Source of the DNA: an uncultured Acidobacteriota bacterium
GTDB lineage: Bacteria > Acidobacteriota > Vicinamibacteria > Fen-336
Assembly: GCA_964442185.1 (NCBI GenBank)
Contig: CAYTWT010000293.1
Span: 17,902 to 81,901, forward strand
Reading direction: 5' to 3'
DNA length: 64,000 nucleotides
Within the stretch, counting starts at the first letter, position 1. The number at the start of each line of letters is the position of its first letter. Below the pieces are notes generated by a model. That model was given only the letters and a program-made list of their open reading frames with translations, was not told the DNA's origin and did not search any database. Of the stretch, positions 52,484 through 62,925 are shown one piece after another. A program made the position numbers and the translations under genes.

Positions 52484-53953
52484 CTACGAATCGAGTGCCT
52501 TCTTGACCAACGTGTTCACGAGCCGCGGGTCTGCCTTCCCGCCCATTCTCCGCATTACCTGGCCCACGAACCAGCCAAGCGTGCTGGCCTTGCCGCCCTT
52601 GTAGACAGCCACCTGATCCGGACTCGCGGCCAACACCTCGGCGACCGTTGCCTCGATCGTTCCTGCGTCGGAGACTTGAAGCAACCCCTCGCGCTCCACG
52701 ATTGCCTGCGGACTCTCGCTGCTCTCCCAAGCGCGTTCGAAGACTCCCTTCGCGATCGTGCGGCTGATGCCGCCCGCATCGACCAGCCGGATCAACTCCG
52801 CGAGCTGGGCCGGCTTCAACGCGATATCCACAGCCGTGTGAGCGTCGGCCTTCAGTTTGCGCAGGACCTCGGTCATGACCCAGTTCGAGGCGGCCTTGGG
52901 GCTGCGGCTGTCTCTCGCGACGGCCTCGAAGTAGTCGGCCACCGAGCGGGACGCCGTCAGCACCCCCGCGTCGTACTCCGGGAGGCCGTACTCCGCCACG
53001 AAGCGGTGCCGCCTCGCCGCAGGCAGCTCGGGAAGCGACGCGCGCACTTCGGCCTGCCAGGCGCGGCTCACGACGAGCGGGGGTAGGTCCGGCTCCGGGA
53101 AGTAGCGGTAGTCGTGGGCCTCTTCCTTCGAACGCATCGAGACCGTCTCCCCGCGATCGGCGTTCCACAGCCGCGTCTCCTGGACGACGCGCGCGCCCGA
53201 GTCGACCACGGCTGCCTGCCTCGCGATCTCGTGCGCGATGGCGCGCTCAACGTTGCGAAACGAGTTCAGATTCTTGATCTCGGCCCGCGTGCCGAGCGCC
53301 TGGGCGCCCCGCGGACGGATCGAGACGTTGGCATCGCAGCGCAGCGAGCCCTCCTCCATGTTGCCGTCGGAAACCTCGGCGTAGACCAGGATCGAGCGGA
53401 GGGCCGCCAGATACTCGTGAGCCTCGGCAGGGCTGCGCAGCTCCGGGTCAGAGACAATCTCGATCAGCGGCACGCCGCTGCGGTTGAAGTCGACGCCGCT
53501 CTTCTCGTCGGACCACGCAAAGCCTTCGTGAAGCAGCTTGCCCGCGTCCTCCTCGATGTGGATGCGCTCGACGCGGATCGGGCGAGGCAAGTCGCCCGAG
53601 GCGATCTCGAGCTTGCCCCCGGTCGCGAGCGGCCGCTGGTACTGCGAGATCTGATAACCCTTCGGCAGGTCTGGGTAGAAATAGTTCTTGCGTTCGAAGA
53701 TCGAGGTCTCGTGGACGGTGCACTGCGTCGCAAGCGCCGCCCGCACCGCCAGCGTCACGGCGTGACGATTCAGGACCGGCAGGGCGCCTGGCAGGCCGAG
53801 ACACACCGGGCAGACATTGGCGTTGGGCACATGGCCGAAGCGGTTAAGACAGCCGCAGAACAGCTTGGTCTTCGTCAGGAGCTGGCAGTGGACTTCGAGC
53901 CCGATCACCGGCTCGTACTTCGCAAGGACATCCTCGCGGGCCGCGCTCGCCAT
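52484..53953 (-). CDS. gatB: Asp-tRNA(Asn)/Glu-tRNA(Gln) amidotransferase subunit B
   Basis: YEPVIGLEVHCQL...KLFCGC GatB N-terminus and full-length conservation. Confidence 0.92.
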   Translation of the reverse strand: MASAAREDVLAKYEPVIGLEVHCQLLTKTKLFCGCLNRFGHVPNANVCPVCLGLPGALPVLNRHAVTLAVRAALATQCTVHETSIFERKNYFYPDLPKGYQISQYQRPLATGGKLEIASGDLPRPIRVERIHIEEDAGKLLHEGFAWSDEKSGVDFNRSGVPLIEIVSDPELRSPAEAHEYLAALRSILVYAEVSDGNMEEGSLRCDANVSIRPRGAQALGTRAEIKNLNSFRNVERAIAHEIARQAAVVDSGARVVQETRLWNADRGETVSMRSKEEAHDYRYFPEPDLPPLVVSRAWQAEVRASLPELPAARRHRFVAEYGLPEYDAGVLTASRSVADYFEAVARDSRSPKAASNWVMTEVLRKLKADAHTAVDIALKPAQLAELIRLVDAGGISRTIAKGVFERAWESSESPQAIVEREGLLQVSDAGTIEATVAEVLAASPDQVAVYKGGKASTLGWFVGQVMRRMGGKADPRLVNTLVKKALDS

Positions 53954-54161
53954 GGGGACGCGATTCTAGCACTGGGGAGGCGTGCCTTGACCGCGCCGGG
54001 CGCGCCGCGTAACGTCGTGCCATGCGAGACTCGCCGCTCACGTACAGCCCGCTGAACCTGGCCACGGGGGCCGCACGCGCGCAGCCGACGCCGCTGGTCC
54101 TCGGCTTTTCGCAACCACACGGCGAAGCTGCCGCGAGCAGCTTCTTCGGGCGGATCCGCCA

Positions 54162-55274
54162 GTGAGTCTCGTCGCTCTCGCATTGCTCGGCGCCGTGACG
54201 GGCGCCGTCTTCGACGACGCCAACGCGAACGGCCGCCGCGAAGGGAACGAGCGCGGTCTTGCGAAGGTGGTCGTCACGGATGGCAAGGCGGTCGTGGCGA
54301 CCGATGCCGAGGGCCGCTATCGGCTCGAAGACGGCGGCGGCCTGGTGTTCGTCGTGCTGCCCGGCGATCGCCGGCCGGTGGGCGCGTGGTACGCGCCCCG
54401 CCGCGAGCGCGTCGACTTCGCGCTCGCGCCGAGTCCTCTGGGCGAGAGCTGGAGCTTCGCGCATCTGTCGGACACCCACGTCCAGCCGGAAAACGTTGCG
54501 CGCACGCAGCGCGCGCTGGCCCTGGCCGGCAGCCGCAGGGTGGATCTCGCGCTGGTGAGCGGCGACCTCGTGAAGGACTCGCTCCGCGTCGGCGAAGAGC
54601 GCGCCCGCTCGCTCTTCACGCTCTACACCTCCGAGCTGGCGAAGGCTCCGTTTCCAGTACACAGCGTGATGGGCAACCACGATGTCTTCGGCATCGAGCG
54701 CGACCAGAGCGGCGTCAGCGAAGCGAATCCTGCCTACGGCAAGGCGCTCTTCGAGGAGTTCCTCGGGCCCCGCTTCAGCGCTTTTAGCCGCGGCCGCCTG
54801 CACTTCATCGTGCTCGACAGCATCGGTGTCGAGGGCATGCGCTATTACGGCTTGCTCGACGCGGCACAGCTCGACTGGATCGCGCGCGAAGTCGCGCTAC
54901 TTCCGCTGGACACCCCGATCGTCACGGTCTCTCACATTCCGTTGCGCAACGGAGGCGTGTCGATCCTGAACGAGTTCACGGGGGAACGCTTCTCGGTGGC
55001 CGGCCTGGATGGCTTTCGCCACGTGGTGCGCAATGCCCCGGCCCTGGAGCGCGTCCTCACAGGCCGGCCCTGGACACTCGCGCTGCAAGGCCACTTCCAT
55101 GCGGCGGAACGCCTGCGCAACTGGGACGAGGGTGCGGCGCGCTATCACACGGCTCCGGCGGTGGATCACACGGCGTCGACGGAGCCGCGCTCCGGTCTGT
55201 TCGTCTACAAGGTCCAGGGCGCCGAGATCGACGACGGCGAGTTGCTCTGGCTGGATGGCGAAGCCGCGCATTGA
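54162..55274 (+). CDS. Calcineurin-like metallophosphoesterase with N-terminal Ig-like/CarbopepD_reg-like domain
   Basis: GTG start; FAHLSDTHV, GDLV, GNHD metallophosphatase motifs. Confidence 0.75.
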   Translation: MSLVALALLGAVTGAVFDDANANGRREGNERGLAKVVVTDGKAVVATDAEGRYRLEDGGGLVFVVLPGDRRPVGAWYAPRRERVDFALAPSPLGESWSFAHLSDTHVQPENVARTQRALALAGSRRVDLALVSGDLVKDSLRVGEERARSLFTLYTSELAKAPFPVHSVMGNHDVFGIERDQSGVSEANPAYGKALFEEFLGPRFSAFSRGRLHFIVLDSIGVEGMRYYGLLDAAQLDWIAREVALLPLDTPIVTVSHIPLRNGGVSILNEFTGERFSVAGLDGFRHVVRNAPALERVLTGRPWTLALQGHFHAAERLRNWDEGAARYHTAPAVDHTASTEPRSGLFVYKVQGAEIDDGELLWLDGEAAH

Positions 55275-55312
55275 AGCGAAACGTCGGGCGGCCCCTGGCC
55301 TAGAATGTCGTC

Positions 55313-55825
55313 ATGTTGCAAAAAGCCGACATTGCCCGGCTCTTCGAATACACGAGTTGGGCCAATCATCGCGTCCTGCGCGCGGTCGCGCTGCTCTCGG
55401 TCGAGGAATTCCGCCGTGACCTGGGCTCGAGCCATGGCGGGGTGCGCGGAACACTCGTCCACACGCTGGGCGCAGAGTGGATCTGGCTGGAGCGCTGGAA
55501 GGGCGTCTCGCCGACGCGCGGTTTCGACGAAGCCGAGTTCAAGGACGTGATCGCGATCCGCGACCGCTGGGTGACGATCGAGCAGCACCGCGCATCCTGG
55601 TTGCGTGGCCTCAAGAAGGACGACCCGTCCGATAAGATCCGCTACAAGAATCTTCAGGGCCAGGCGTTCGAGAGCCCGCTGTGGGCACTCGCCCAGCATG
55701 TCGCGAACCACTCGAGCTACCATCGCGGGCAGCTCATCACACTGCTGCGCCAGCTCGGCGCGAAGCCGGTCGTCACCGACATGGTGGTCTGGGACCGCGA
55801 GCGCGAAGCCAGGAAGGCAGGTTAG
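55313..55825 (+). CDS. DinB/YfiT-like (DinB_2) four-helix-bundle protein
   Basis: FEYTSWANHRVL...HxxxHRGQ motifs. Confidence 0.8.
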   Translation: MLQKADIARLFEYTSWANHRVLRAVALLSVEEFRRDLGSSHGGVRGTLVHTLGAEWIWLERWKGVSPTRGFDEAEFKDVIAIRDRWVTIEQHRASWLRGLKKDDPSDKIRYKNLQGQAFESPLWALAQHVANHSSYHRGQLITLLRQLGAKPVVTDMVVWDREREARKAG

Positions 55826-55847
55826 GGAGCTTGTAGACGGTGCCGCC

Positions 55848-56867
55848 ATGAACGTCATCGACCTGCGCTCGGATACCGTGACCAAGCCGACGCCCGCCAT
55901 GCGCAAGGCGATGGCCGAGGCCGAGGTCGGGGACGATCTTTACGGCGAGGATCCGACCGTCAATCGCCTTCAGGCGCAGGCGGCGCAACTCCTGGGCTTC
56001 GAGGCCGCGCTCTTCGTCCCGACGGGCACGATGGGGAACGAGATTGCGATCGCGCTGCTCACGACGCCCGGCCAGCTGGTGCTCGCCGACGAGCGCAGCC
56101 ACGTGATCGAGTACGAGCTCGCGGGTATGGCTGCGCACTCGGGCGTAATGCCGCGCGTCGTCCGCACGCAGGACGGGAAGCTGACGCCCGAACTGCTGCG
56201 CTCCGCACAGAAACCAGCGGCTCCCAATCGCTCCGCGATCGGGATGGTCGTTCTCGAGAACACCCACAACCTCGCGGGTGGCAGCGTCTCGAACGTCGCC
56301 GAGATGCAGGCGGCGATCGCGGTGGCCCACGAGCTCGGCTGGCGCGTCCACGTGGACGGCGCCCGCTTGTGGAACGCGGCCGTGGCCCTGGCTGTCGAGC
56401 CGAAGGCCCTCGTGTCCGGCGCGGACACGCTGATGGTGGCGCTGTCTAAGGGCCTGTGTTGCCCCGTGGGCTCGTTGCTGCTCGGCTCCGGAGAACTCGT
56501 GGCTAGCGCCCGTCGTCACCGGCAGCTCTTCGGCGGCGGCATGCGTCAGAGCGGCATCCTCGCGGCGGCGGGCCTGGTGGCCCTGGATACGCTGCTCCCG
56601 CGCCTGGCCGAGGATCATGCGCACGCGCGGCTTCTGACCGATGCCATGATGGGCCATGCCGGCGTTCGCGCTCTTCCGGCGCAGACCAACATCGCGGTTG
56701 CCACGCTCGAGGCCGGGAACGCCCCCGAGATCGCGGCGGCCCTCAAGGGTCGGGGCGTGCTCGGGAGCGCGATGGACCAGGTGACGCTGCGTCTGGTCAC
56801 GCATCGCGACGTGTCGCGCAGCGACTGCGAGCGCGCGGCGGAGATCCTCCGGGAGGTCCTGGCATGA
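55848..56867 (+). CDS. ltaE: Low-specificity L-threonine aldolase
   Basis: Start ATG MNVIDLRSDTVTKPT; PLP-Lys region ALSKGLCCPVGS. Confidence 0.85.
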   Translation: MNVIDLRSDTVTKPTPAMRKAMAEAEVGDDLYGEDPTVNRLQAQAAQLLGFEAALFVPTGTMGNEIAIALLTTPGQLVLADERSHVIEYELAGMAAHSGVMPRVVRTQDGKLTPELLRSAQKPAAPNRSAIGMVVLENTHNLAGGSVSNVAEMQAAIAVAHELGWRVHVDGARLWNAAVALAVEPKALVSGADTLMVALSKGLCCPVGSLLLGSGELVASARRHRQLFGGGMRQSGILAAAGLVALDTLLPRLAEDHAHARLLTDAMMGHAGVRALPAQTNIAVATLEAGNAPEIAAALKGRGVLGSAMDQVTLRLVTHRDVSRSDCERAAEILREVLA

Positions 56868-58609
56868 AACGTATGGTGGTTGTTGGTCTCGCCGCGATCT
56901 TCGATGCGGGCGCGGCGCGGGCGGCGGAGCCGGTTATCCTGCGCGATGTGGCCGTGCCGATGCGCGATGGCGTCGTGCTCCGAGCCGACGTGCTTCGGCC
57001 CCAGACCACGGGCCCGTTCGCCGTCCTCGTCTACCGCACGCCGTACGACAAGAAATCGTCGCAGGAAAGCTACACGACGTTCGCGCACGCGGTCGAGCGC
57101 GGCTACGCGGTGGTGATCCAGGACGTGCGCGGACGCTATGCCTCGGCCGGCGAGTATGCGGCCTATCGGCACGAGGGCCAGGACGGCTTCGACACGATCG
57201 AGTGGGCCGCGAAGCAGCCCTGGTCGAACGGCGACGTGGGAACTTTCGGGCTTTCGTATCCTGGCGCCGTGCAGTGGCTCGCCGCGATGGAGTCGCCGCC
57301 GCACCTCAAGGCGATGGCGCCGGCCATGACGTTCGCCACGCCGCGCAACTTTTTCCTCTCCGGCGGGGTGTTCGACCTCTCCTGGATCAGCTGGATCTGG
57401 AACAACATCGCGCCCGACACGCGTGTTCGCAAGAACCTGCCCGGCCCACGCACCGGTGAAGAGGCCGAGGCGGAATGGGTGAAGCGCCGCGACGACTTCC
57501 GCCGACGCCTGCCGCTGAATGCGCTCCACGAGCTGCGTGACACGGCGCCCTACTACTTCGAATGGATGGAGCATCCCGCGGCCGATCCGTGGTGGGACTG
57601 GGCCGAGCTGCGCGGCAAGTACTCCCGCGTCAAGGCTGCGGTGCTGAACCTCTCGGGCTGGCACGACGAGGCCTACGGTCCCGACGGCGCCATCACCAAC
57701 TTCCGTGGCTTGCTCGAGTCGCGCAAGGGCGAAGCCGATCCGCGAGCGCGGCTCGTGATGGGACCGTGGGTGCACGGCGTCGGGGCGACGAAGGCCGAGA
57801 AGGCGGGTGATCGAGCATTCGGTCCCGCGGCGGCGATCGACTACGACGAGACGCTGCTGCGCTTCATGGACCGTTACCTGCGCGGGATCGACAACGGACT
57901 CGACAAGGAGAAGCGGGCCCGTGTCTTCGTGATGGGCGAGAACGCCTGGCACGAAGGCGACGGCTGGCCGTTGGCGCCCACGCGCCGCCTCACGTTCTTT
58001 CTCTCGCGTGACGGAGCCGGTCCGGGCCGGCTCGTGACCGAGGCCCCGTCGGTTCACGGCGGCGCCACGTCATTCGTCTCGGACCCGGCGAATCCGGTCA
58101 CCGATCCGTTCGCGAACAGCGTGGGCGCTCACGACTACCGCGAGCTTCCGAAACGTGCCGATACCGCGAGCTTCGAGACAGAGCCCTTCGAGGCCGACGT
58201 CACCGTGATCGGCGCGATGCAGGCGGAGATCTGCATCTCCGCCGACGCGCCCGACACCGACTTGTGGGTCAAGGTCTACGACGTCGCGCCCGACGGCACC
58301 GCTTTCAACCTGATGAGCCCGGGCCTCGACGTGCAGCGCGCCAGCACACGCGACGGCAGCCTGACGCCGCGGCTCCTGAAGAAGGGCGAGGTCGTCGTGC
58401 TCGAGTTCGCCAATCTCTATACGGGCAACCGTTTCTTGAAAGGCCATCGGCTTCGCGTCGTCCTCACGCCCGAGTTCTTCCCGCACTTCTCGCGCAACCT
58501 GCACAGCGGCGAGCGCGAGACGACTTCGGCCGACATGCGCAAGGCCAGGATCACGATTCATCACGACTCGCGCCACCCGTCGCGCCTCGTGCTGCCGGTG
58601 CTCCCGTAG
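56864..58609 (+). CDS. Secreted CocE/NonD-family hydrolase (S15 X-Pro dipeptidyl-peptidase-like)
   Basis: Signal peptide; nucleophile GLSYPG; C-terminal beta-sandwich; ATGA overlap with ltaE. Confidence 0.8.
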   Translation: MKRMVVVGLAAIFDAGAARAAEPVILRDVAVPMRDGVVLRADVLRPQTTGPFAVLVYRTPYDKKSSQESYTTFAHAVERGYAVVIQDVRGRYASAGEYAAYRHEGQDGFDTIEWAAKQPWSNGDVGTFGLSYPGAVQWLAAMESPPHLKAMAPAMTFATPRNFFLSGGVFDLSWISWIWNNIAPDTRVRKNLPGPRTGEEAEAEWVKRRDDFRRRLPLNALHELRDTAPYYFEWMEHPAADPWWDWAELRGKYSRVKAAVLNLSGWHDEAYGPDGAITNFRGLLESRKGEADPRARLVMGPWVHGVGATKAEKAGDRAFGPAAAIDYDETLLRFMDRYLRGIDNGLDKEKRARVFVMGENAWHEGDGWPLAPTRRLTFFLSRDGAGPGRLVTEAPSVHGGATSFVSDPANPVTDPFANSVGAHDYRELPKRADTASFETEPFEADVTVIGAMQAEICISADAPDTDLWVKVYDVAPDGTAFNLMSPGLDVQRASTRDGSLTPRLLKKGEVVVLEFANLYTGNRFLKGHRLRVVLTPEFFPHFSRNLHSGERETTSADMRKARITIHHDSRHPSRLVLPVLP

Positions 58610-58613
58610 CCGC

Positions 58614-61418
58614 ATGACGCTTGTTCACCGGCTGCTGCTGCCCGTAGCGCTCGCCGCTCCAGCCGCGTGGGCGCAGGACGATCCCGAGGCCCGCCTCAAG
58701 GCGACGCTCTCGGCCGAGCGGATCGGCGAATTTCACGCCCGTCTGACGCGCGAGCCTCACGTCGCCGGCACGCCGGAGAGCCGGGGGGTCGCGGCTGAGA
58801 TCGAGCGGACGCTCGCGACGATGGGCTTGGCGACGGAGGTCCGCAGCTACGACGTATACCTGTCGTATCCGAAGCAGATCGCGGTCCGCCTGACCCGGCC
58901 CGAGAGGCGCGCGCTTTCCGTCACCGAGCCCGTGGACCCGCGCGATCCGGACACGGCGAACCCCAGGCTCACGCCGGGCTTCGTGGCCTATTCGGCGTCC
59001 GGTCACGTGACCGCTCCCGTCGTCTACGTGAACTACGGCCTGCCCGCCGACCACGAGGCGCTCGAGGCCAAGGGCGTCACCGTGCGCGGCGCCATCGCGC
59101 TCGCCCGCTACGGCAAGGTGCACCGCGCCGTGAAGGTGCACACGGCCGAGACGCGGGGCGCCGCGGGCATCCTGATCTACAGCGACCCCGCCGACGATGG
59201 CGCGGCGCAGGGCGAGGTCTGGCCGAAGGGACCGTGGCGCGCGCCGACGTTCCTGCAACGCGGCAACGCGAAGTACAGCTGGTTCTGGCACGGCGATCCG
59301 CTGACGCCCGGTGTCGCGGCGACCGCTGAGGCGAAGCGGCTCGACCCGAGGAGCGTCCCTACCCTTCCGAAGATTCCTGCGGCCGTGCTCTCCGCGGCTG
59401 CGGCGCAGGAGATCCTTTCGCGGCTGCGCGGCGGCGGCCCTGGTCCCGCGGTCGTCGAGATGGACGTCGCGATGACGAACGGCCTGCGGCCGATCTATGA
59501 CGTGATCGCGCGGATCGACGGCAAGGAAGAACCCGATCGCGAGGTGATCCTCGGCACGCACCATGACGCGTGGACCTTCGGCGGCGTCGATCCCGGCAGC
59601 GCGGCAGCGTCGGTCCTGGAACTGGCGCGCGCGTTTTCTGAGATGCGCAAGAGCGGCTGGCAGCCACGGCGCTCGATCGTGTTCGCATTCTGGGATGCGG
59701 AGGAGTACGGCCTGATCGGCTCCACAGAGTATGCCGAGGACCGCGGGGCCGAGCTACGTGAGCGCGCCGTCACGTACATCAACACCGACTACTACCTCGC
59801 GGGCCGGCTCGAAGCGGGTGGGACGGCGTCGCTGCGCGATCTGATGGACTCGGTCGCGGGTGAGAAGATCGAGCTAGCACCCCTCGGCAGCGGCGCCGAC
59901 TTCGTGCCGTTTCAGGATCACCTAGGCCTGCCGGCACTGTCGATCGAGTACGGGATCCCCGGGAGCTACGGCTCGTACCACTCAGCCTACGACACGCGGC
60001 AGTGGATGCAGAGATACGGCGACCCAGGCTGGGCCTACGGCGTGAAGCTCGCCGACACGCTCGGTCGCACGGTGTTGCGCCTGGCCTCGGCTCCGGTGCT
60101 GCCATTTCAGTTCACGCGCACGGCCGAGGCGCTCACCGGCTACCTCGATCAGCTCGAGGCAGTGAACCGTGCCGCGGGTTCCAGGCTCGCCGAGCTTGGC
60201 TTCGGATCCACGCGCGCGAAGCTCACGGCGCTGGCCGAAGCGGCCCGCGCTTTCGAGGCGTCGTCCTCGCGAGGCGCCAGCGTTACGTCGTCTGCGCTGC
60301 GCGAGATCAACGACCGCTTGCTGCGCGCCGAGACCGGCTTTGCTCGACCCGCGGGCGAGTCGTGGTACCGGCACGTGGTCTACGGCTGGGACATCTACTC
60401 GCTCTACAGCGGCGACACGCTGCCAACCCTGCGCGCCGCGATCGCAAAGGCGGACACGCCGGCGTTCGCCCGCGAACGCGAGCGGCTGGAGCAGGCGATC
60501 ACCGCTGCGACGAGCGAACTCACGGCCGCTACAGCCCTTGCGTCCGCGCAAACGAGCGAGCCTTGGTGCGACCAGTTGCCGCGGCCAGCCTACGCGTCGC
60601 TCGAGCGCGTGCCGGTTTCAGACGCCTGGTTCCAGGTCTACCGGGTGTCTGCTGGTGTCTTTGCGATCTACGAGCCGTACCAGTTCCAGGAGGTCATCTC
60701 GTATCTGATCGTGGGCTCCGAGCAGGCCATCTTGTTCGACACCGGTATGGGCATCGGCCGACTTCGCTCGGTAGTGAGCGATCTCACCAATCTTCCGCTC
60801 CGCGTCGTCAACTCCCACACGCACTTCGATCACGTGGGCGCAAACGCGGACTTCGACACGGTTCTCGCCATGGACACTGCCTTCACGCGCCAGAGCGCGG
60901 AAGGCCTGCCCCACGAAGCGGTGCGAGGCGAAGTCGCGGCGGAGGCGCTGTGTCGCGCGCTCCCGGAAGGCGTCACGGCCGAGTTGTATCGGAGCCGGCC
61001 TTTCAAGATCAGCGGACGCTTGAAGGATGGCGATGTGCTCGACCTCGGCGGCCGGAGTCTCGAGGTCCTGAGCGTGCCGGGCCACACGCCTGACGCCATC
61101 GCGCTACTGGACCGAGCCGGCGGCCTGCTGTGGACGGGAGATACGTTCTACCTAGGTCCGATCTGGCTGTTTGTCCCCGAGACCGACTTCGAGGCCTACG
61201 CGGCCTCCGTAGAGCGCCTTGCGAAGCTGGTCCCGGAGCTCCGGCTGCTCCTGCCGGCGCACAACACTCCGACGGCCGAGCCCCGTCGCCTCGAGCAACT
61301 GAAGGCAGCCGTCGCCGCGATCCGCGCGGGGACGGCGAAGTCGCACCCAGGGCCGGAGGATCGCGTCGAGTTCGAGTTCGACGGCTTCTCGATCTTGCTC
61401 AAGCCGGGCGCACGCTAA
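58614..61418 (+). CDS. Secreted PSMA/glutamate-carboxypeptidase-II-like M28 peptidase (PA + M28 + TFR-dimer domains) fused to a C-terminal metallo-beta-lactamase-fold domain
   Basis: Signal peptide MTLVHRLLLPVALAAPAAWA; M28 zinc ligands (HHDAW, DAEEYGLIGS); C-terminal ~290 aa with HTHFDHVG, GHTPD, TGDTF, PAHN MBL motifs in same uninterrupted frame. Confidence 0.8.
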   Translation: MTLVHRLLLPVALAAPAAWAQDDPEARLKATLSAERIGEFHARLTREPHVAGTPESRGVAAEIERTLATMGLATEVRSYDVYLSYPKQIAVRLTRPERRALSVTEPVDPRDPDTANPRLTPGFVAYSASGHVTAPVVYVNYGLPADHEALEAKGVTVRGAIALARYGKVHRAVKVHTAETRGAAGILIYSDPADDGAAQGEVWPKGPWRAPTFLQRGNAKYSWFWHGDPLTPGVAATAEAKRLDPRSVPTLPKIPAAVLSAAAAQEILSRLRGGGPGPAVVEMDVAMTNGLRPIYDVIARIDGKEEPDREVILGTHHDAWTFGGVDPGSAAASVLELARAFSEMRKSGWQPRRSIVFAFWDAEEYGLIGSTEYAEDRGAELRERAVTYINTDYYLAGRLEAGGTASLRDLMDSVAGEKIELAPLGSGADFVPFQDHLGLPALSIEYGIPGSYGSYHSAYDTRQWMQRYGDPGWAYGVKLADTLGRTVLRLASAPVLPFQFTRTAEALTGYLDQLEAVNRAAGSRLAELGFGSTRAKLTALAEAARAFEASSSRGASVTSSALREINDRLLRAETGFARPAGESWYRHVVYGWDIYSLYSGDTLPTLRAAIAKADTPAFARERERLEQAITAATSELTAATALASAQTSEPWCDQLPRPAYASLERVPVSDAWFQVYRVSAGVFAIYEPYQFQEVISYLIVGSEQAILFDTGMGIGRLRSVVSDLTNLPLRVVNSHTHFDHVGANADFDTVLAMDTAFTRQSAEGLPHEAVRGEVAAEALCRALPEGVTAELYRSRPFKISGRLKDGDVLDLGGRSLEVLSVPGHTPDAIALLDRAGGLLWTGDTFYLGPIWLFVPETDFEAYAASVERLAKLVPELRLLLPAHNTPTAEPRRLEQLKAAVAAIRAGTAKSHPGPEDRVEFEFDGFSILLKPGAR

Positions 61419-61452
61419 CGGCGGCGCCGGGCGCGATGCTATCGTCGGCCGA

Positions 61453-62892
61453 ATGAAGCGGGATCTCGGCGCGCTGACCGGGCGTGAGCACGACGTGCTC
61501 GTGATCGGCGGCGGCATTCACGGTGCCTTCGCGGCCTGGGACGCCGCGCAGCGCGGGCTTCTGACGGCACTGGTCGAGGCCGAGGACTTCGGCGCGGGCA
61601 CCTCCTGGAACAGCCTGAAGACGATTCACGGCGGCCTGCGCTACCTGCAGTCTCTCGACCTGCCGCGCATGCGCGAATCGATTCGTGAACGGCGGACGCT
61701 GCTGGCCATCGCGCCCGAGCTGGTGCGGCCGCTGGCCTTCGTGGTTCCGACCTACGGTCACGGAATCAAGGGCCGCGAAGCCTTGGCGCTCGCGCTTCGC
61801 ATCAACGACCTCGTGAGCGCCGATCGCAACGCCGGCCTAGCTCCAGCCCAGTGGCTCGCCCCGAGCCGGAGCCTGTCGCGGGACGAGTTCCTGCGCCTCG
61901 TGCCGGGAGCGTCGGCGGAGCGGCTGACCGGCGGGGGAATCTGGATCGATGCGCAGGTGGAGAGCAGCGAGCGGCTGGTCGTTGGCCTGCTGCACGCGGC
62001 GGCGGAGTGCGGCGCAGCACTCGCGAACCACGCGCGCGTCACGCGGGCGCTCCGCCGCGATGGTCGCATCGTTGGCGTTTCGGTGCTCGACGCCTTGGGC
62101 GGCGGCGCCCTCGAGGTTCGGGCGCGCCAGGTTCTGAACGCCGCTGGTCCGGGGATGGACGACGTGCTCGCCAGCCTGGGCGTGCGGCGCACGCCGGTGC
62201 CGCTGCTTCGCGCCTTGAACCTCGTCCTGAAGCGTTCCGTCGCCAAGGGTCACGCGATCGGCGCCTTGAGCTCAGGCCGCTATTTGTTCCTCGTCCCCTG
62301 GCGCGAGCGCGCGATGATCGGCACGGATTACGTGCCCGCCAGTGGAGCGAGCGATCCCGCCGAGGCACGCCGCTTTCTCGAAGAAGCCTCACGCGCGTTT
62401 CCCTGGGCGAAGCTCGGCATGGAGGACGTGGCGCTGGTCCATCGGGGCCGAGTGCCGGGCCTCGATGCGAAGCGCCTGGCGGTGCGCCACCTGCTGCTCG
62501 ACCACGCGGCCGAAGGCGCGCCGGGCCTGAGCTCCGTGCAGGGCGTCAAGTACACGACCGCTCGAGCCGTGGCCGAAGAGGCGATCGATCGGCTCTGCCA
62601 CAAGCTCGGTCAGGCGCGGCCCTCGCGCACGGCCGCGACACGACTCCTCCACGCGCGCGCTCTCGAAGGCGCCCTTCCGACGCGGGCCCTGCAGGCCGTT
62701 CGCGAGGAGATGGCGCTGACCCTCCCCGACGCTGTACTCCGGCGCCTCGATCTCGGGACCGCTGGCCCGGCCGCCGCGGCGGACGTCGAGATCGTGGCGC
62801 AGACGCTGGCCACGGAACAAGGCTGGGACCAGGCACGCGTCGAGGCCGAGAAGCAGGCGCTGACCGACGCCGTGGCGCGCACCGTGCTATGA
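61453..62892 (+). CDS. glpD: FAD-dependent glycerol-3-phosphate dehydrogenase
   Basis: DVLVIGGGIHGAFAAWDAAQRGL FAD Rossmann, GGLRYL motif. Confidence 0.85.
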   Translation: MKRDLGALTGREHDVLVIGGGIHGAFAAWDAAQRGLLTALVEAEDFGAGTSWNSLKTIHGGLRYLQSLDLPRMRESIRERRTLLAIAPELVRPLAFVVPTYGHGIKGREALALALRINDLVSADRNAGLAPAQWLAPSRSLSRDEFLRLVPGASAERLTGGGIWIDAQVESSERLVVGLLHAAAECGAALANHARVTRALRRDGRIVGVSVLDALGGGALEVRARQVLNAAGPGMDDVLASLGVRRTPVPLLRALNLVLKRSVAKGHAIGALSSGRYLFLVPWRERAMIGTDYVPASGASDPAEARRFLEEASRAFPWAKLGMEDVALVHRGRVPGLDAKRLAVRHLLLDHAAEGAPGLSSVQGVKYTTARAVAEEAIDRLCHKLGQARPSRTAATRLLHARALEGALPTRALQAVREEMALTLPDAVLRRLDLGTAGPAAAADVEIVAQTLATEQGWDQARVEAEKQALTDAVARTVL

Positions 62893-62925
62893 GCGCCCCG
62901 GGAAACTTGCTATCGTGAGCTTTGC

